Source of the DNA: Phycisphaerales bacterium
GTDB lineage: Bacteria; Planctomycetota; Phycisphaerae; Phycisphaerales; SM1A02
Length of the DNA stretch: 64,000 bases
Assembly (NCBI GenBank): GCA_035443885.1
Contig: DAOMNO010000012.1
Location: 815 to 64,814 of the forward strand
Direction of reading: 5' to 3'
The notes below the pieces were generated by a model. That model ran no database searches, was not told the origin of the DNA, and worked only from the letters and a program-made list of their open reading frames with translations. Positions 17,427 to 26,380 of this stretch are shown piece by piece (within the stretch, counting starts at the first letter, position 1; the number at the start of each line of letters is the position of its first letter). A program made the position numbers and the translations under genes.

Positions 17427-18491
17427 ATGAACCTGCGCATCGCATTCCTCTGGCTGCTCATCGGCTCACTCATGGTGGCGGCGGCGATGGGCATCACGGT
17501 GCTGCTGCTGCCGCAGTTCTTCGGCATGCAGGATGAAGTCCTCGGCTCGGCCGCGCTCATCAGCGGCTTCAGCCTGATCGGCTTCATCTGCGCCATCGGC
17601 CTTGATCGCAAGCGACTCGTGCCGATCATGTGGGCCGGCATCATCGCATCAATCGCTGCTGCAAGCATCTGGCTCATCGTCATCTGGACGGGCTGGACCA
17701 TCTGGGGCCCGCGCGGATTCACCTATGAGCTGGCAGCTCGCATTGGCTGGACGGCGACAACGATCGCCGTCTGGGCCGCACTCACTGGCATGTTGCTGCT
17801 CCGGTCCATGCAGCGCAGAATCGCGCAGCGAATCCTGCAGAGCGGTGCGATACTCACCGCCGTCGTTGCTATCCTCAGCGTCGGCGGTATCTGGCTTGAG
17901 CCTGACGACTGGTTCTGGCTCGGCGTGTTCGGCAGTTACGCCGCCATGCTGGTGTGGACACTGTGGTTCACGCTCATTGTCAGAATGCGGGTAACGCGAT
18001 CAATCTCTCGCGTGGTGCAAGGATTGACGTGCTTTGCGGGCAGTGCTGCAACGCTCTGGCTTGTGATGCTATCGTGGAACATTTCACTGGCAGATGATGA
18101 CCTCATACGTCGTTTCGCGGGTGTCATGTTCATTCTCACGGCGGCGGGCAGTATTATCGTGATGATCCTGCCTCGGCTTGATCGCACTGCCGATGCGAAA
18201 GGACGCGAATCGCTGCCGAATCGGCTCGGCATGGAAATCGTCTGCCCGCGATGCAAGTGCCGACAGGAACTGCCCGGCGGACACAGCCGATGCCGCGAAT
18301 GCGGTTTGCGATTCCTCATTGAGATTGAAGAGCCTCGCTGCGCGTGCGGTTACCTGTTGCACATGCTGCAGGGCGATTCGTGCCCTGAATGTGGCCGTGT
18401 CATCCCGCTCACCGACCGCTGGGCAATGCGTGCAATCGGCCATGAAAGACACACCTCGAATGCTGCGGGCGCATCATCCGCATCAGCGTAA
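17427..18491 (+). CDS. polytopic membrane protein with two C-terminal zinc-ribbon motifs
   Basis: About 8 hydrophobic helices are followed by CPRCKC...CRECG and CACG...CPECG. No family was recognised. Confidence 0.55.
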   Translation: MNLRIAFLWLLIGSLMVAAAMGITVLLLPQFFGMQDEVLGSAALISGFSLIGFICAIGLDRKRLVPIMWAGIIASIAAASIWLIVIWTGWTIWGPRGFTYELAARIGWTATTIAVWAALTGMLLLRSMQRRIAQRILQSGAILTAVVAILSVGGIWLEPDDWFWLGVFGSYAAMLVWTLWFTLIVRMRVTRSISRVVQGLTCFAGSAATLWLVMLSWNISLADDDLIRRFAGVMFILTAAGSIIVMILPRLDRTADAKGRESLPNRLGMEIVCPRCKCRQELPGGHSRCRECGLRFLIEIEEPRCACGYLLHMLQGDSCPECGRVIPLTDRWAMRAIGHERHTSNAAGASSASA

Positions 18492-18512
18492 CGCCTGCTT
18501 AGTAACGCCCGT

Positions 18513-19409
18513 TCACTCGATTGGCTCATCCAGATGCTCCGCATGATCGCGGATACGGATGGCCTCGGCAGAGACGGCGTCATAAATGCTCGCCAGAAGC
18601 CCCACCAGCGGAAAGCGACCTCGCATTGGCGAAGGACCGAGACGGCGGAGCAATGCATGCGCGACATGCTGCGGTGGCGGAGCGTGCTCCAGTTCCGCGA
18701 GCTGCGGGCCGCACCGCCAGAAGTCTTCCAGACATGCTTCCAACGGCGGCGGCTCAACCTGCGATTCAGGAATCATCGGGTCCGCGTGTGCGGATGTCGC
18801 ACCATGCGTATGAATCGCCCTCGCTTGGCGCAGCCGCTCGAGCAGTTGCTCCGCCGACATGCCATAAAGCGTGAACAACAGCAGCGGATCACTCGACAAA
18901 CGCTCGGTCATCAAATGCCCCACCGCAGCGATGTGCTTACAGGGTTTCGTTTCGCTGCATGAACACGTCAACGCAACCGCGCCATGTTGCTGAGGGAGCA
19001 GCTCCATACCAAGCGAAGCGAACAGAGACTCAAGCGACGCAGGCAGCTCGTGGGCGAGCAACCTCGCGGCGTGAATCGCTTCTTCGGCCATCGCGGCCAC
19101 CGCGCGTTCCCACTGCGCGGCATCCAGCGTGCGCAGCGTGAACCGCACTGCATAGGGTTTCGGAGCGCGGCCCTGCACGCTGGCCGCCACGGTGCCCGCT
19201 TCGACTTCAAGCTTCGTGGTTTGGCCTGCGCGAGCATAGACCAACCCTTCGTGCATAGCCTCAGCAGTCACCGCATTTTCGAGGAGCGAAGCCCATCGCT
19301 TTGAAGCCCAGTTTGTCGGTGCCGGCACTTCGCGCGAAACGAGCTTCACGCCATACTTCACGCGGCGCGGCTGCTCCGGCACGGGGGTACTGCCGTTCAC
19401 TCGCGTCAT
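18513..19409 (-). CDS. SWIM zinc-finger protein (partner of the SNF2 helicase)
   Basis: ALTCSCSETKPCKHIAAVGHL fits the CxC-x(n)-CxH SWIM pattern. The start is moved to ATG 19409, which overlaps the helicase stop as ATGA (19409-19406). Confidence 0.75.
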   Translation of the reverse strand: MTRVNGSTPVPEQPRRVKYGVKLVSREVPAPTNWASKRWASLLENAVTAEAMHEGLVYARAGQTTKLEVEAGTVAASVQGRAPKPYAVRFTLRTLDAAQWERAVAAMAEEAIHAARLLAHELPASLESLFASLGMELLPQQHGAVALTCSCSETKPCKHIAAVGHLMTERLSSDPLLLFTLYGMSAEQLLERLRQARAIHTHGATSAHADPMIPESQVEPPPLEACLEDFWRCGPQLAELEHAPPPQHVAHALLRRLGPSPMRGRFPLVGLLASIYDAVSAEAIRIRDHAEHLDEPIE

Positions 19410-22400
19410 ACTTCCACCTCCACCCCACTGCCGCGCAGCGTAAGCAGTTCCTGAAGCTGCCCGGTTGATAGCTCGGTCAGCCACTGCTCACCCGCGCCGA
19501 TGATGTGCTGAGCGAGTTCGGTCTTTTGTTCAATCATCTGGTCGATGCGTTCCTCCAGCGTGCCGACGCACACAAACTTATGCACATGCACGGAGCGTGT
19601 CTGCCCGATGCGGAACGCACGGTCGGTAGCCTGGTTCTCCACGGCCGGGTTCCACCAGCGATCGAAGTGGAATACATGGTTCGCCGCTGTCAGGTTCAAA
19701 CCAACTCCACCCGCCTTCAGTGAGAGCACGAAGATCGGTGCTTCACCTCGATCAGACTGGAAGCGGTCGATCATCTGCTGCCTCTTATTTTGAGGCGTGC
19801 CGCCATGCAGAAACAGCGTTTCACAGTTGAGGTCGTGCTGGAGCATCGTGGTGAGCAGATGCCCCATGCGGCGGAACTGTGTGAAAACGAGAGCGCGTTC
19901 GCCGCTGGCGAGCACTTCTTCCAGCAGTTCGATGAGCCGCCGGGTCTTGCCTGAGCGTCGCGACATCGCCGCCGCAGCGGCCAGCTCAATGGGCGAAGGC
20001 GCGTCTTCCGCATCCCCGCTGATCGCCGCATTCGCATTCGCTTCCTTCAGCAGTTGTGCCGGGTGATTGCAAATCTGCTTGAGCTTCACCAGCGTTGCCA
20101 AGACAAGCCCTCGCCGCTGAATGCCCTCAGCGCGATCAACTGCCTCAAGCATGCGATTCACCGTTGCTTCATACAACGAAGCCTGCTCCGTCGTAAGCGT
20201 GGCGTACTCCTTCGATTCCACCAGTGTGGGCAAATCGGAAATCACCGTCGGGTCTGTCTTCAATCGCCGGAGCACGAAGGGGCGCACAAGATTGCGCAGC
20301 GCTTCAGCACGGCGTTGATCGCGATGCCTTTCGATGGGAACGGCAAATCGCGAGCGGAACTCCGCTGCCCCGCCGAGATAGCCCGGATTGCAGAACTCCA
20401 TAATCGACCACAGTTCGGAAAGTCGATTCTCAACTGGCGTTCCAGTGAGCGCAAGCCTGCGCCCGGCACGCAGCGCGCGAATTGCTGCCGTCTGCTTTGT
20501 AGGCGGGTTCTTAATGTACTGCGCTTCATCCAGCGCGACGCGATGCCAGCTTACTCGTGAGAGCGTGTCGCGATCGCGGCTGACCAGCGCGTACGTCGTA
20601 ATTACCACATCTGACTCATTCGCCAGCGACTCAAACACTTCATTCATCGGCCGATCCGGACCGTGATGCACATGCACGCGCAACATCGGCGAAAAACGGC
20701 TGAGTTCGCGCACCCAGTTGCTCATTACCGATGTCGGCGCGATCAGCAGCGTCGGTCCGACATGATCGTCATGCTCGCGTTCGTGCAGCAGTAGCGCGAT
20801 GAGCTGAATCGTCTTGCCAAGCCCCATGTCGTCCGCGAGGCATGCGCCAAGACCAAAGCGATCCAGAAAGGCCATCCAGCTCAGGCCTTTTTGCTGATAA
20901 GGACGCAACGTCCCTTGGAAACTCGGTGGTTGCGCGATCTGCTCCATCGCACGATCCTGCGATGCAGCACCAAGAATATCCGCAGCCCACCCAGTCGCGT
21001 CGAGGCCCGATACAGGCAGGCCGGACGCTTCGGCATCGGTCCCATACGCGAGGTGAATCGCATCAAGCAGCGTCATCTCGCCGCCCGGCTTGTCGGCCAG
21101 CAATCTCGACGCCCGCTCCATGTCGTCCGCGCGAATCTCCACCCATTTCCCATGCACACGCACCAGCGGTGTGCCCTGTGCCGCAAGACGCTGAAACTCT
21201 TCCATCGTGAGCGGCTGATCGCCAACTGCAATCTGCCAACGGTACTGCACAATCGCGTGCAGGCCGAGCGTCGCGACCTCAGACGCAGAGCTTGGCGTGC
21301 GCTCGCCTGCATTCAGTGGCTGCGAATCGATCTGCAATCGCGCGCCAAGTCGGCTCGAAGGTTCGTTCCACCACTGCGGCGCGATCGTGCGCACGCCGGA
21401 TTCTTCCAGCACAGGTCGATGATCGCGAAGAAACTCGTATGCCTGCGCGGTTGTCAGGTTGATGCCCGTCGGGGCGGCTTCTGAAAGTGCGGCTTCCAGT
21501 CGAGGGTACACACGCGCTGCGCGGCCAAGCTCCGCAAGCAGAAGTTCCTGTGGCTGATCGACGCGATGCTGCCCGAACAACTGGCCGCCCGCAGGAAGAT
21601 TCCACACCTGCTCCGCGTCCACCAAGTAGGTCGAGTCGTCCGCTGCCTGCAGGTGAATCGACAGCCGCCACAGCATGTCGTCTGGAACCGGCTCATTGTC
21701 CGGCAGAAAGAGCGATTCGATCGGCTCATTCAATCGCAGGCAGAGTCGTAGCGGCTTGCCCGTTCCGGTTTCATCTAACCGACCAACCCACAGCCTGGCG
21801 TCACGCAAGAGGTCCACGCCCTCCCCGTTTGCGCGCACTTCATCCGTCGAGCCAAGCAAGCCGGACAGCCACACCACATGCGGATCGCGCGAACCGACAA
21901 GGTCTTCAATCGCTTCCGCAAAGTTTTCGCGCTCCAGCGCGAGGCGCACCGTCGCATCGGCGAGGGTATTCATCGCTTCGCTGAGAATCGGCCACGGGCG
22001 ACCCTGATTCGCATCGTCCACTGCACGCGCCACGGCGGGCATTGCCGCCAAGAGCGCACCGACTCGCGATCGGATATCACGATCGTGGAACCACGGCTGC
22101 CACGCAGCACGCAGCGCATCGCCTCGCGTTTGAATGAGCGTGGGAATGAATCGCTGATCTGCCAACAGTTCGAGTACAAAGCGTGCCGCAACGATCCAGT
22201 AACGGAGCGACTGGCCATGCTGAAGGTCGTGCTCATTCGCGCGATCTTCCAGCGCGAGGAGCGCGGCAATGGTGTGCTGCGGAGCAATTGACACCGCAGG
22301 CACGCGGTAGCGTTCGAGCGATTCACCGCCCAACCGCTCCATGATGCCAAGCGCTGCCGCCAGCCGAAGGCTCGGCTCAGGCCGCCCCCGCTCAGTCGGC

Positions 22401-22624
22401 AACCGCAGGATGATCTCGCACGGTGTCGCGACATCCGGCTCAATCACTTCCGTGCTCACCAGCAACGAGAGTAACTGATCCGGCTCGACCGCAAACCCGT
22501 GGCGGATCGGCTCCGTTCTGGGTGATGGCGACGAATCAGCCGCGGCGAGCGCCATGTAGGCCGACAACGCTTCACCCCACAGCCTGATGCGTCCGTTGCT
22601 CCAGTTCGCGTGCAAGATCAGCAT
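19406..22624 (-). CDS. SNF2/RAD54-family DEAD-like helicase with a bacterial SNF2-associated N-terminal region
   Basis: LRPYQQKGLSWMAFL, LADDMGLGKTIQ (motif I), DEAQYIKN (motif II) and the C-terminal helicase motifs LSLKAGGVGLNLTAANHVFHFDRWWNPAVENQATDRAFRIGQ. The likely start is MLILHANWSNG at 22624. The track ORF extends to 22717, abutting the tRNA. Confidence 0.9.
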   Translation of the reverse strand: MLILHANWSNGRIRLWGEALSAYMALAAADSSPSPRTEPIRHGFAVEPDQLLSLLVSTEVIEPDVATPCEIILRLPTERGRPEPSLRLAAALGIMERLGGESLERYRVPAVSIAPQHTIAALLALEDRANEHDLQHGQSLRYWIVAARFVLELLADQRFIPTLIQTRGDALRAAWQPWFHDRDIRSRVGALLAAMPAVARAVDDANQGRPWPILSEAMNTLADATVRLALERENFAEAIEDLVGSRDPHVVWLSGLLGSTDEVRANGEGVDLLRDARLWVGRLDETGTGKPLRLCLRLNEPIESLFLPDNEPVPDDMLWRLSIHLQAADDSTYLVDAEQVWNLPAGGQLFGQHRVDQPQELLLAELGRAARVYPRLEAALSEAAPTGINLTTAQAYEFLRDHRPVLEESGVRTIAPQWWNEPSSRLGARLQIDSQPLNAGERTPSSASEVATLGLHAIVQYRWQIAVGDQPLTMEEFQRLAAQGTPLVRVHGKWVEIRADDMERASRLLADKPGGEMTLLDAIHLAYGTDAEASGLPVSGLDATGWAADILGAASQDRAMEQIAQPPSFQGTLRPYQQKGLSWMAFLDRFGLGACLADDMGLGKTIQLIALLLHEREHDDHVGPTLLIAPTSVMSNWVRELSRFSPMLRVHVHHGPDRPMNEVFESLANESDVVITTYALVSRDRDTLSRVSWHRVALDEAQYIKNPPTKQTAAIRALRAGRRLALTGTPVENRLSELWSIMEFCNPGYLGGAAEFRSRFAVPIERHRDQRRAEALRNLVRPFVLRRLKTDPTVISDLPTLVESKEYATLTTEQASLYEATVNRMLEAVDRAEGIQRRGLVLATLVKLKQICNHPAQLLKEANANAAISGDAEDAPSPIELAAAAAMSRRSGKTRRLIELLEEVLASGERALVFTQFRRMGHLLTTMLQHDLNCETLFLHGGTPQNKRQQMIDRFQSDRGEAPIFVLSLKAGGVGLNLTAANHVFHFDRWWNPAVENQATDRAFRIGQTRSVHVHKFVCVGTLEERIDQMIEQKTELAQHIIGAGEQWLTELSTGQLQELLTLRGSGVEVEV

Positions 22625-22721
22625 GTGGTGCGATGGCTCCGGCCGATTCAGCCTGTGTCCGTCATGTTCTCCCCTGCACGAGACGAGCTGTCCGAGCAGG
22701 TCATCCGCAGAATGCAACCAA

Positions 22722-22794
22722 TGATCGCGCTGGGACTCGAACCCAGGACCTACCGCTTAAAAGGCGGTTGCTCTACCGACTGAGCTACGCGATC
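22722..22794 (-). tRNA. tRNA-Lys (anticodon UUU)
   Basis: The minus strand folds by hand as GATCGCG TA GCTC AGTCGGTA GAGC A ACCGC CTTTTAA GCGGT AGGTC CTGGG TTCGAGT CCCAG CGCGATC A. This is a full 73-nt cloverleaf with all stems Watson-Crick paired. CCA is not encoded. Confidence 0.9.
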
Positions 22795-22847
22795 GCGAAT
22801 CGAATAGTGTAGCAATTTTCCGGATCAGCGGCGATTGCTGGCCACAG

Positions 22848-22875
22848 CAAAAACCGGTTTGCTCGGGCAAACCGG
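22848..22875 (-). terminator. rho-independent terminator after the DUF1573 operon
   Basis: ccggtttgc-tcgg-gcaaaccgg gives a 9-bp stem. On the minus strand it is followed by TTTTTG. It lies 50 nt downstream of the stop at 22925. Confidence 0.5.
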
Positions 22876-22924
22876 CCACAATGCCGCATGGCCTCGGCGT
22901 CAAGAAAGATTGTGCGGCCGCATT

Positions 22925-23656
22925 CTACCCGGCACTAACGCCATCCCCGCGATTGCCGCAATCTTCCTGATCGCGCGGCTCAAAGTTGACCATGAAGGCA
23001 ACTTGCGACCCATCGTCCAGACCGATTACGATTTCCATGGGAAATCCGCCGGAATACTGCGAGAAATCCAGTGAACCGGACGCCAGTTGCCTTGTCGGGC
23101 GGAGCGGCAGCGCTGAATGGCGTTCGATGTATACCCATCCGTCAAACTTCACTGCGACATGGTCGGGTTGAATGACCTTCGGCGCGCCGTCGTATCCATC
23201 GCCGCGATTATCGATGAGGTAAAACTGTAGCGGAAGGCGCGATGCCTTATCTGGAAATGATGACAATGGAACGACTCGAAACTCGCGAGTGACGATGCCC
23301 TGAGCGCGCAAGACAAGTTGATACACATCACCCGTGGACAGGATGAGCGATGCCGCCTGCTCCTGAACACCTGGCGCATTCATGTCCATGGCCAGCGTCA
23401 CCACAACGCTCTTCCCAGGCTCAATGTGAGTGGCTGAGATTTCAAAGTCAACGCAGCCGCATGTTTTGCGAACGTCCAGTATTTCAATCGCGACTCGTCT
23501 GTGATTGGCGACGACAAAGCGATGTACGAGTTTTGGCAGCCCGGGGCGAAGTTCTACCTCCCCAAAGTCGTGGATGGCAATCGAATGCCTTCCGCCCGCT
23601 GACGAATCAGATGTCGTCTCAACACTAGAAGGAGAGCATGCCTCAATCCGAGGCAT
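22925..23656 (-). CDS. DUF1573 domain protein (5' end possibly frameshifted)
   Basis: IAIHDFGEVELRPGLPKLVHRFVVANHRRVAIEILDVRKTCGCV matches the DUF1573 pattern hDFG.v..g......F.v.N.g...l.I..v...CGC. As annotated it has no signal peptide; see the finding on 23554-23691. Confidence 0.65.
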   Translation of the reverse strand: MPRIEACSPSSVETTSDSSAGGRHSIAIHDFGEVELRPGLPKLVHRFVVANHRRVAIEILDVRKTCGCVDFEISATHIEPGKSVVVTLAMDMNAPGVQEQAASLILSTGDVYQLVLRAQGIVTREFRVVPLSSFPDKASRLPLQFYLIDNRGDGYDGAPKVIQPDHVAVKFDGWVYIERHSALPLRPTRQLASGSLDFSQYSGGFPMEIVIGLDDGSQVAFMVNFEPRDQEDCGNRGDGVSAG

Positions 23657-23687
23657 AACACAACACAGCAGATGGATTGCAACAACG

Positions 23688-24779
23688 TCATCGGGTCTCC
23701 CCAGTGAAATCGGCTTCGGTCACGAATCGCCGGTTCACCCCATCCCATACCGGACGCAATTCCGCTCCAACAAGCCAATGCTGAAGGTTGTCCCCAACAT
23801 CACCGACAAGAGGAACTGCCGTATGGACTGATCGACCGTCCAAGTTGAGGCGATTCTCGCCAACTCTGTAGCCAATGTAGAATCGCGCATCTGACACAGA
23901 CATGCCTTCCCCGGGTGTCGGTCGAAAATCGCACGGATCGAACTGATACGGTTCAGCAGAAGCCAGCCTGATCCGCTCAAGCACCCAATAAGGCGATTCT
24001 CCGTTGATCTGCATGCTCGCTTCGCCGCCTAGTGAAATTCTGCGCCCCGCGATCACTTCCGTTGGATCAAACCGCACGCGAATAATAATCACAACATCCG
24101 CATCTTCTGCCTTGAGACTTGGAGTGCGGCCGATCGCTTCAGCCTCAATCAGCTCAACGCGATCCCCAATCCGCTTCGCACGCAGACGATGGCGGACTTC
24201 GGGATATCCCGGTCGAGGCCATGACCACTCCGTGGACCCATCATCAAGCAGAGCAGGCGATGGCCTCGACGCGGCCAGCATGTCCGCATGGCTTGTCATT
24301 TCAGGGAACTGCCACACCCGCCATCCCTGCCACGATAAATGAAAGTCATGCGTGTGAGCAACGTCTGGTCGAACATCGATTTGCATCGTGCTTGAATCAC
24401 CCTGAACATGGACTGTTCTGAACTCGGCTCCGTTCCACGACGAGACACGGACATCTTTCATCTGCGCGTCGTTTGATTCTGCACGTTCAACGAATTCACG
24501 TCGAATGCGGTATGCACTGCCAAGATAAACCGTTTCGTAACGCACTTGTTGCCCGAAGTACTGAGGTTCGGTTGCGGAGGCCGGGATATCGAACGCACTT
24601 TCGCCAAACACATCCACATGAAGGTGAAGCAGGAGACCGCGGAGCTGCTCATCCCGATCCTTCAGTGCCGCCAACATCTCATCTGTGGAAATGATCCCAC
24701 CATGGCCAAGCGCAGCAATCCCCTTCATCGACATCGCAGCCATTACAAACCTGAGCCAGAAAGGTGAAACAACTCGCAT
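23688..24779 (-). CDS. hypothetical protein (363 aa)
   Basis: Long ORF that appears, by eye, to have G/C-rich third codon positions, co-oriented with and abutting the DUF1573 gene. No motif was recognised. Confidence 0.5.
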   Translation of the reverse strand: MRVVSPFWLRFVMAAMSMKGIAALGHGGIISTDEMLAALKDRDEQLRGLLLHLHVDVFGESAFDIPASATEPQYFGQQVRYETVYLGSAYRIRREFVERAESNDAQMKDVRVSSWNGAEFRTVHVQGDSSTMQIDVRPDVAHTHDFHLSWQGWRVWQFPEMTSHADMLAASRPSPALLDDGSTEWSWPRPGYPEVRHRLRAKRIGDRVELIEAEAIGRTPSLKAEDADVVIIIRVRFDPTEVIAGRRISLGGEASMQINGESPYWVLERIRLASAEPYQFDPCDFRPTPGEGMSVSDARFYIGYRVGENRLNLDGRSVHTAVPLVGDVGDNLQHWLVGAELRPVWDGVNRRFVTEADFTGETR

Positions 24780-24954
24780 GTTTGCCCTTCAACTTACAGT
24801 TGACATCGCTTCGGCCAGCAATTTGGCGCATTCACTGGAACTCTTCATGATTTTTATCCTCACGGGGTTCCGGATGAACGTTGCCACCATGTGGCAATCG
24901 GCGATTAATGTACCCCCCCGACCCGTCAAGTCGCTACACAAGGAAAAGTTCTAC

Positions 24955-24997
24955 GAAAAACAGCGGGCCGCTCCCACCGGGCGGCCCGCTGTTTTTC
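24955..24997. terminator. bidirectional rho-independent terminator (downstream of xerC-type gene)
   Basis: aaaaa-cagcgggccgc-tcccaccgg-gcggcccgctg-ttttt gives an 11-bp GC-rich stem flanked by A5 and T5. It lies 35 nt after the recombinase stop at 25032. Confidence 0.65.
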
Positions 24998-25031
24998 ATG
25001 CGTTTGTGATGGATCGACTGGCAATCCGCGA

Positions 25032-26093
25032 TCAGGACGCCTCAGCGCGCGGGTGCGCCTGGTCATAGGCCTGACGCTTACGCTGCGTGGAGAGATGTGT
25101 GTACACCTGCGTCGTCGAAAGCGATTGGTGGCCCAGCAGTTCCTGCACCGAGCGCAAGTCCGCGCCGTTATCCAGCAGGTGCGTCGCAAAGCTGTGGCGG
25201 AGCGTGTGCGGGCTGATGTCTGGATCAAGACCGGCCTGCGTCAGGTACTTGCTCACCTTTCTGCGGACTGAACGAGTTGAAAGGCGGCCGCCGTGCTTGT
25301 TGATGAACAGCGGTTTACCAGGATCAGAAACGACGCCGCTTTCATTCTCATGCCGATGCAACATGCCGACGTAGTGAACGATCGCAGCCATTGCGTGCGA
25401 GCCGAGTGGCACGATACGTTCCTTGCGCCCCTTGCCTCGCACAATCAGCGCCTGGCCGGTCTCGTCCACTTCACCCCGATTGATGCCGACGAGTTCGCTC
25501 ACGCGGATGCCGGTCGAATACAGCGTTTCAAGAATCGCGCGATCACGTGCGCCCAGAAGGTCTCGATCATCCGGGGCGGCAAGCAGACGCTCGACCTGCT
25601 CCACGTCGATCGCTTTCGGCAGGCGCTTGTTCTGGCGCGGCGTGCGGATCAACAGCATCGGGTTTGCCTTCACGATGTTCTGCTTGTCCATCCAGCGGTA
25701 GAACGACCGAAGCGTGGCGATCTTCCGCGCCATCGTCGCAGCAGAATATTCGTGCGATTCGAGTGAATGCAGGAAGCTGCGAATGAGGTTCACGTCGGCG
25801 TCGATGATCGCATCGGTTGCCGTTACCACCAGCGTGCCAGCGACGGATTTCTCCGCACCGCTTGCGTGCTGACGCTGCCGGGCGCGGAACGCTTCCAGCT
25901 CCTGCTGAGGCGTGGCGTTGACGCTGCGCTCTTCGGTCAGAAACTCGACAAACTGGCGCAGATCGACGCCGTAACAACGTGATGTGTACGGGCTGAAGTG
26001 CCGCTCATCGAGCAGATAACTCAGGAACTGCTCAATGACGGGCAGCACCGGCTGGTTTGAATTGGTGTCGTTCTTCGCGTTGTGGCTCATCAT
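25032..26093 (-). CDS. tyrosine recombinase, XerC/XerD type
   Basis: The C-terminus HTLRHSFATHLLDNGADLRSVQELLGHQSLSTTQVYTHLS carries the R..H..R..Y catalytic signature, and the N-terminus has a SAM-like domain (IEQFLSYLLDERHFSPYTSRCYGVDLRQF). The start is moved to ATGATG at 26093/26090. The 450-aa track ORF has an implausible Arg/Pro-rich N-terminal extension. Confidence 0.85.
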   Translation of the reverse strand: MMSHNAKNDTNSNQPVLPVIEQFLSYLLDERHFSPYTSRCYGVDLRQFVEFLTEERSVNATPQQELEAFRARQRQHASGAEKSVAGTLVVTATDAIIDADVNLIRSFLHSLESHEYSAATMARKIATLRSFYRWMDKQNIVKANPMLLIRTPRQNKRLPKAIDVEQVERLLAAPDDRDLLGARDRAILETLYSTGIRVSELVGINRGEVDETGQALIVRGKGRKERIVPLGSHAMAAIVHYVGMLHRHENESGVVSDPGKPLFINKHGGRLSTRSVRRKVSKYLTQAGLDPDISPHTLRHSFATHLLDNGADLRSVQELLGHQSLSTTQVYTHLSTQRKRQAYDQAHPRAEAS

Positions 26094-26104
26094 TGCCTCT
26101 GCTT

Positions 26105-26341
26105 TCAGTGAAGTCCGATGACGGTATCGCTCGACTGGAATCGCTCGAGCTGGTGACGAATGACCGCTGCGTCCGCGCGATCCAGGCCCGACCACGGCGC
26201 ACGCGAAAGCGCATCGACGTGGTACAGCAGTGCGGCTTCGTCGCCGCGACCCCATGAAAACGCCCATCGCCGACCGCTCTTGATGAGCACGAGGCGGCTG
26301 AGGCCGTTTGCGTCTGTCTGAATGGGGATATTCTGGGCCAT
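26105..26341 (-). CDS. small hypothetical protein (78 aa)
   Basis: MAQNIPIQTDANGLSRLVLIKSGRRWAFSWGRGDEAALLYHVDAL... has G/C at most third codon positions when read codon by codon. It sits between the lipoprotein gene and xerC. No motif was recognised. Confidence 0.35.
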   Translation of the reverse strand: MAQNIPIQTDANGLSRLVLIKSGRRWAFSWGRGDEAALLYHVDALSRAPWSGLDRADAAVIRHQLERFQSSDTVIGLH

Positions 26342-26380
26342 AAGTGGTTCTCGGCGGACGCCGATGACCACCATCGGCCA

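Noticed and set aside
24685-25068. 127-aa plus-strand ORF in the gap between the 363-aa gene and the recombinase.
   Set aside because: It starts inside the 363-aa gene on the opposite strand, reads straight through a strong bidirectional terminator hairpin (24955-24997), and ends inside the recombinase gene. It has no motif.
22722-26093. tRNA-Lys with a tyrosine recombinase 2.2 kb away, considered as a possible integrated genomic island.
   Set aside because: The recombinase has the housekeeping XerC/XerD-type C-terminus and lies on the 5' side of the tRNA, whereas islands normally insert at the 3' end. I found no direct repeat of the tRNA 3' end and no phage, transposase or conjugation genes. 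This cannot be fully excluded without genome comparison.
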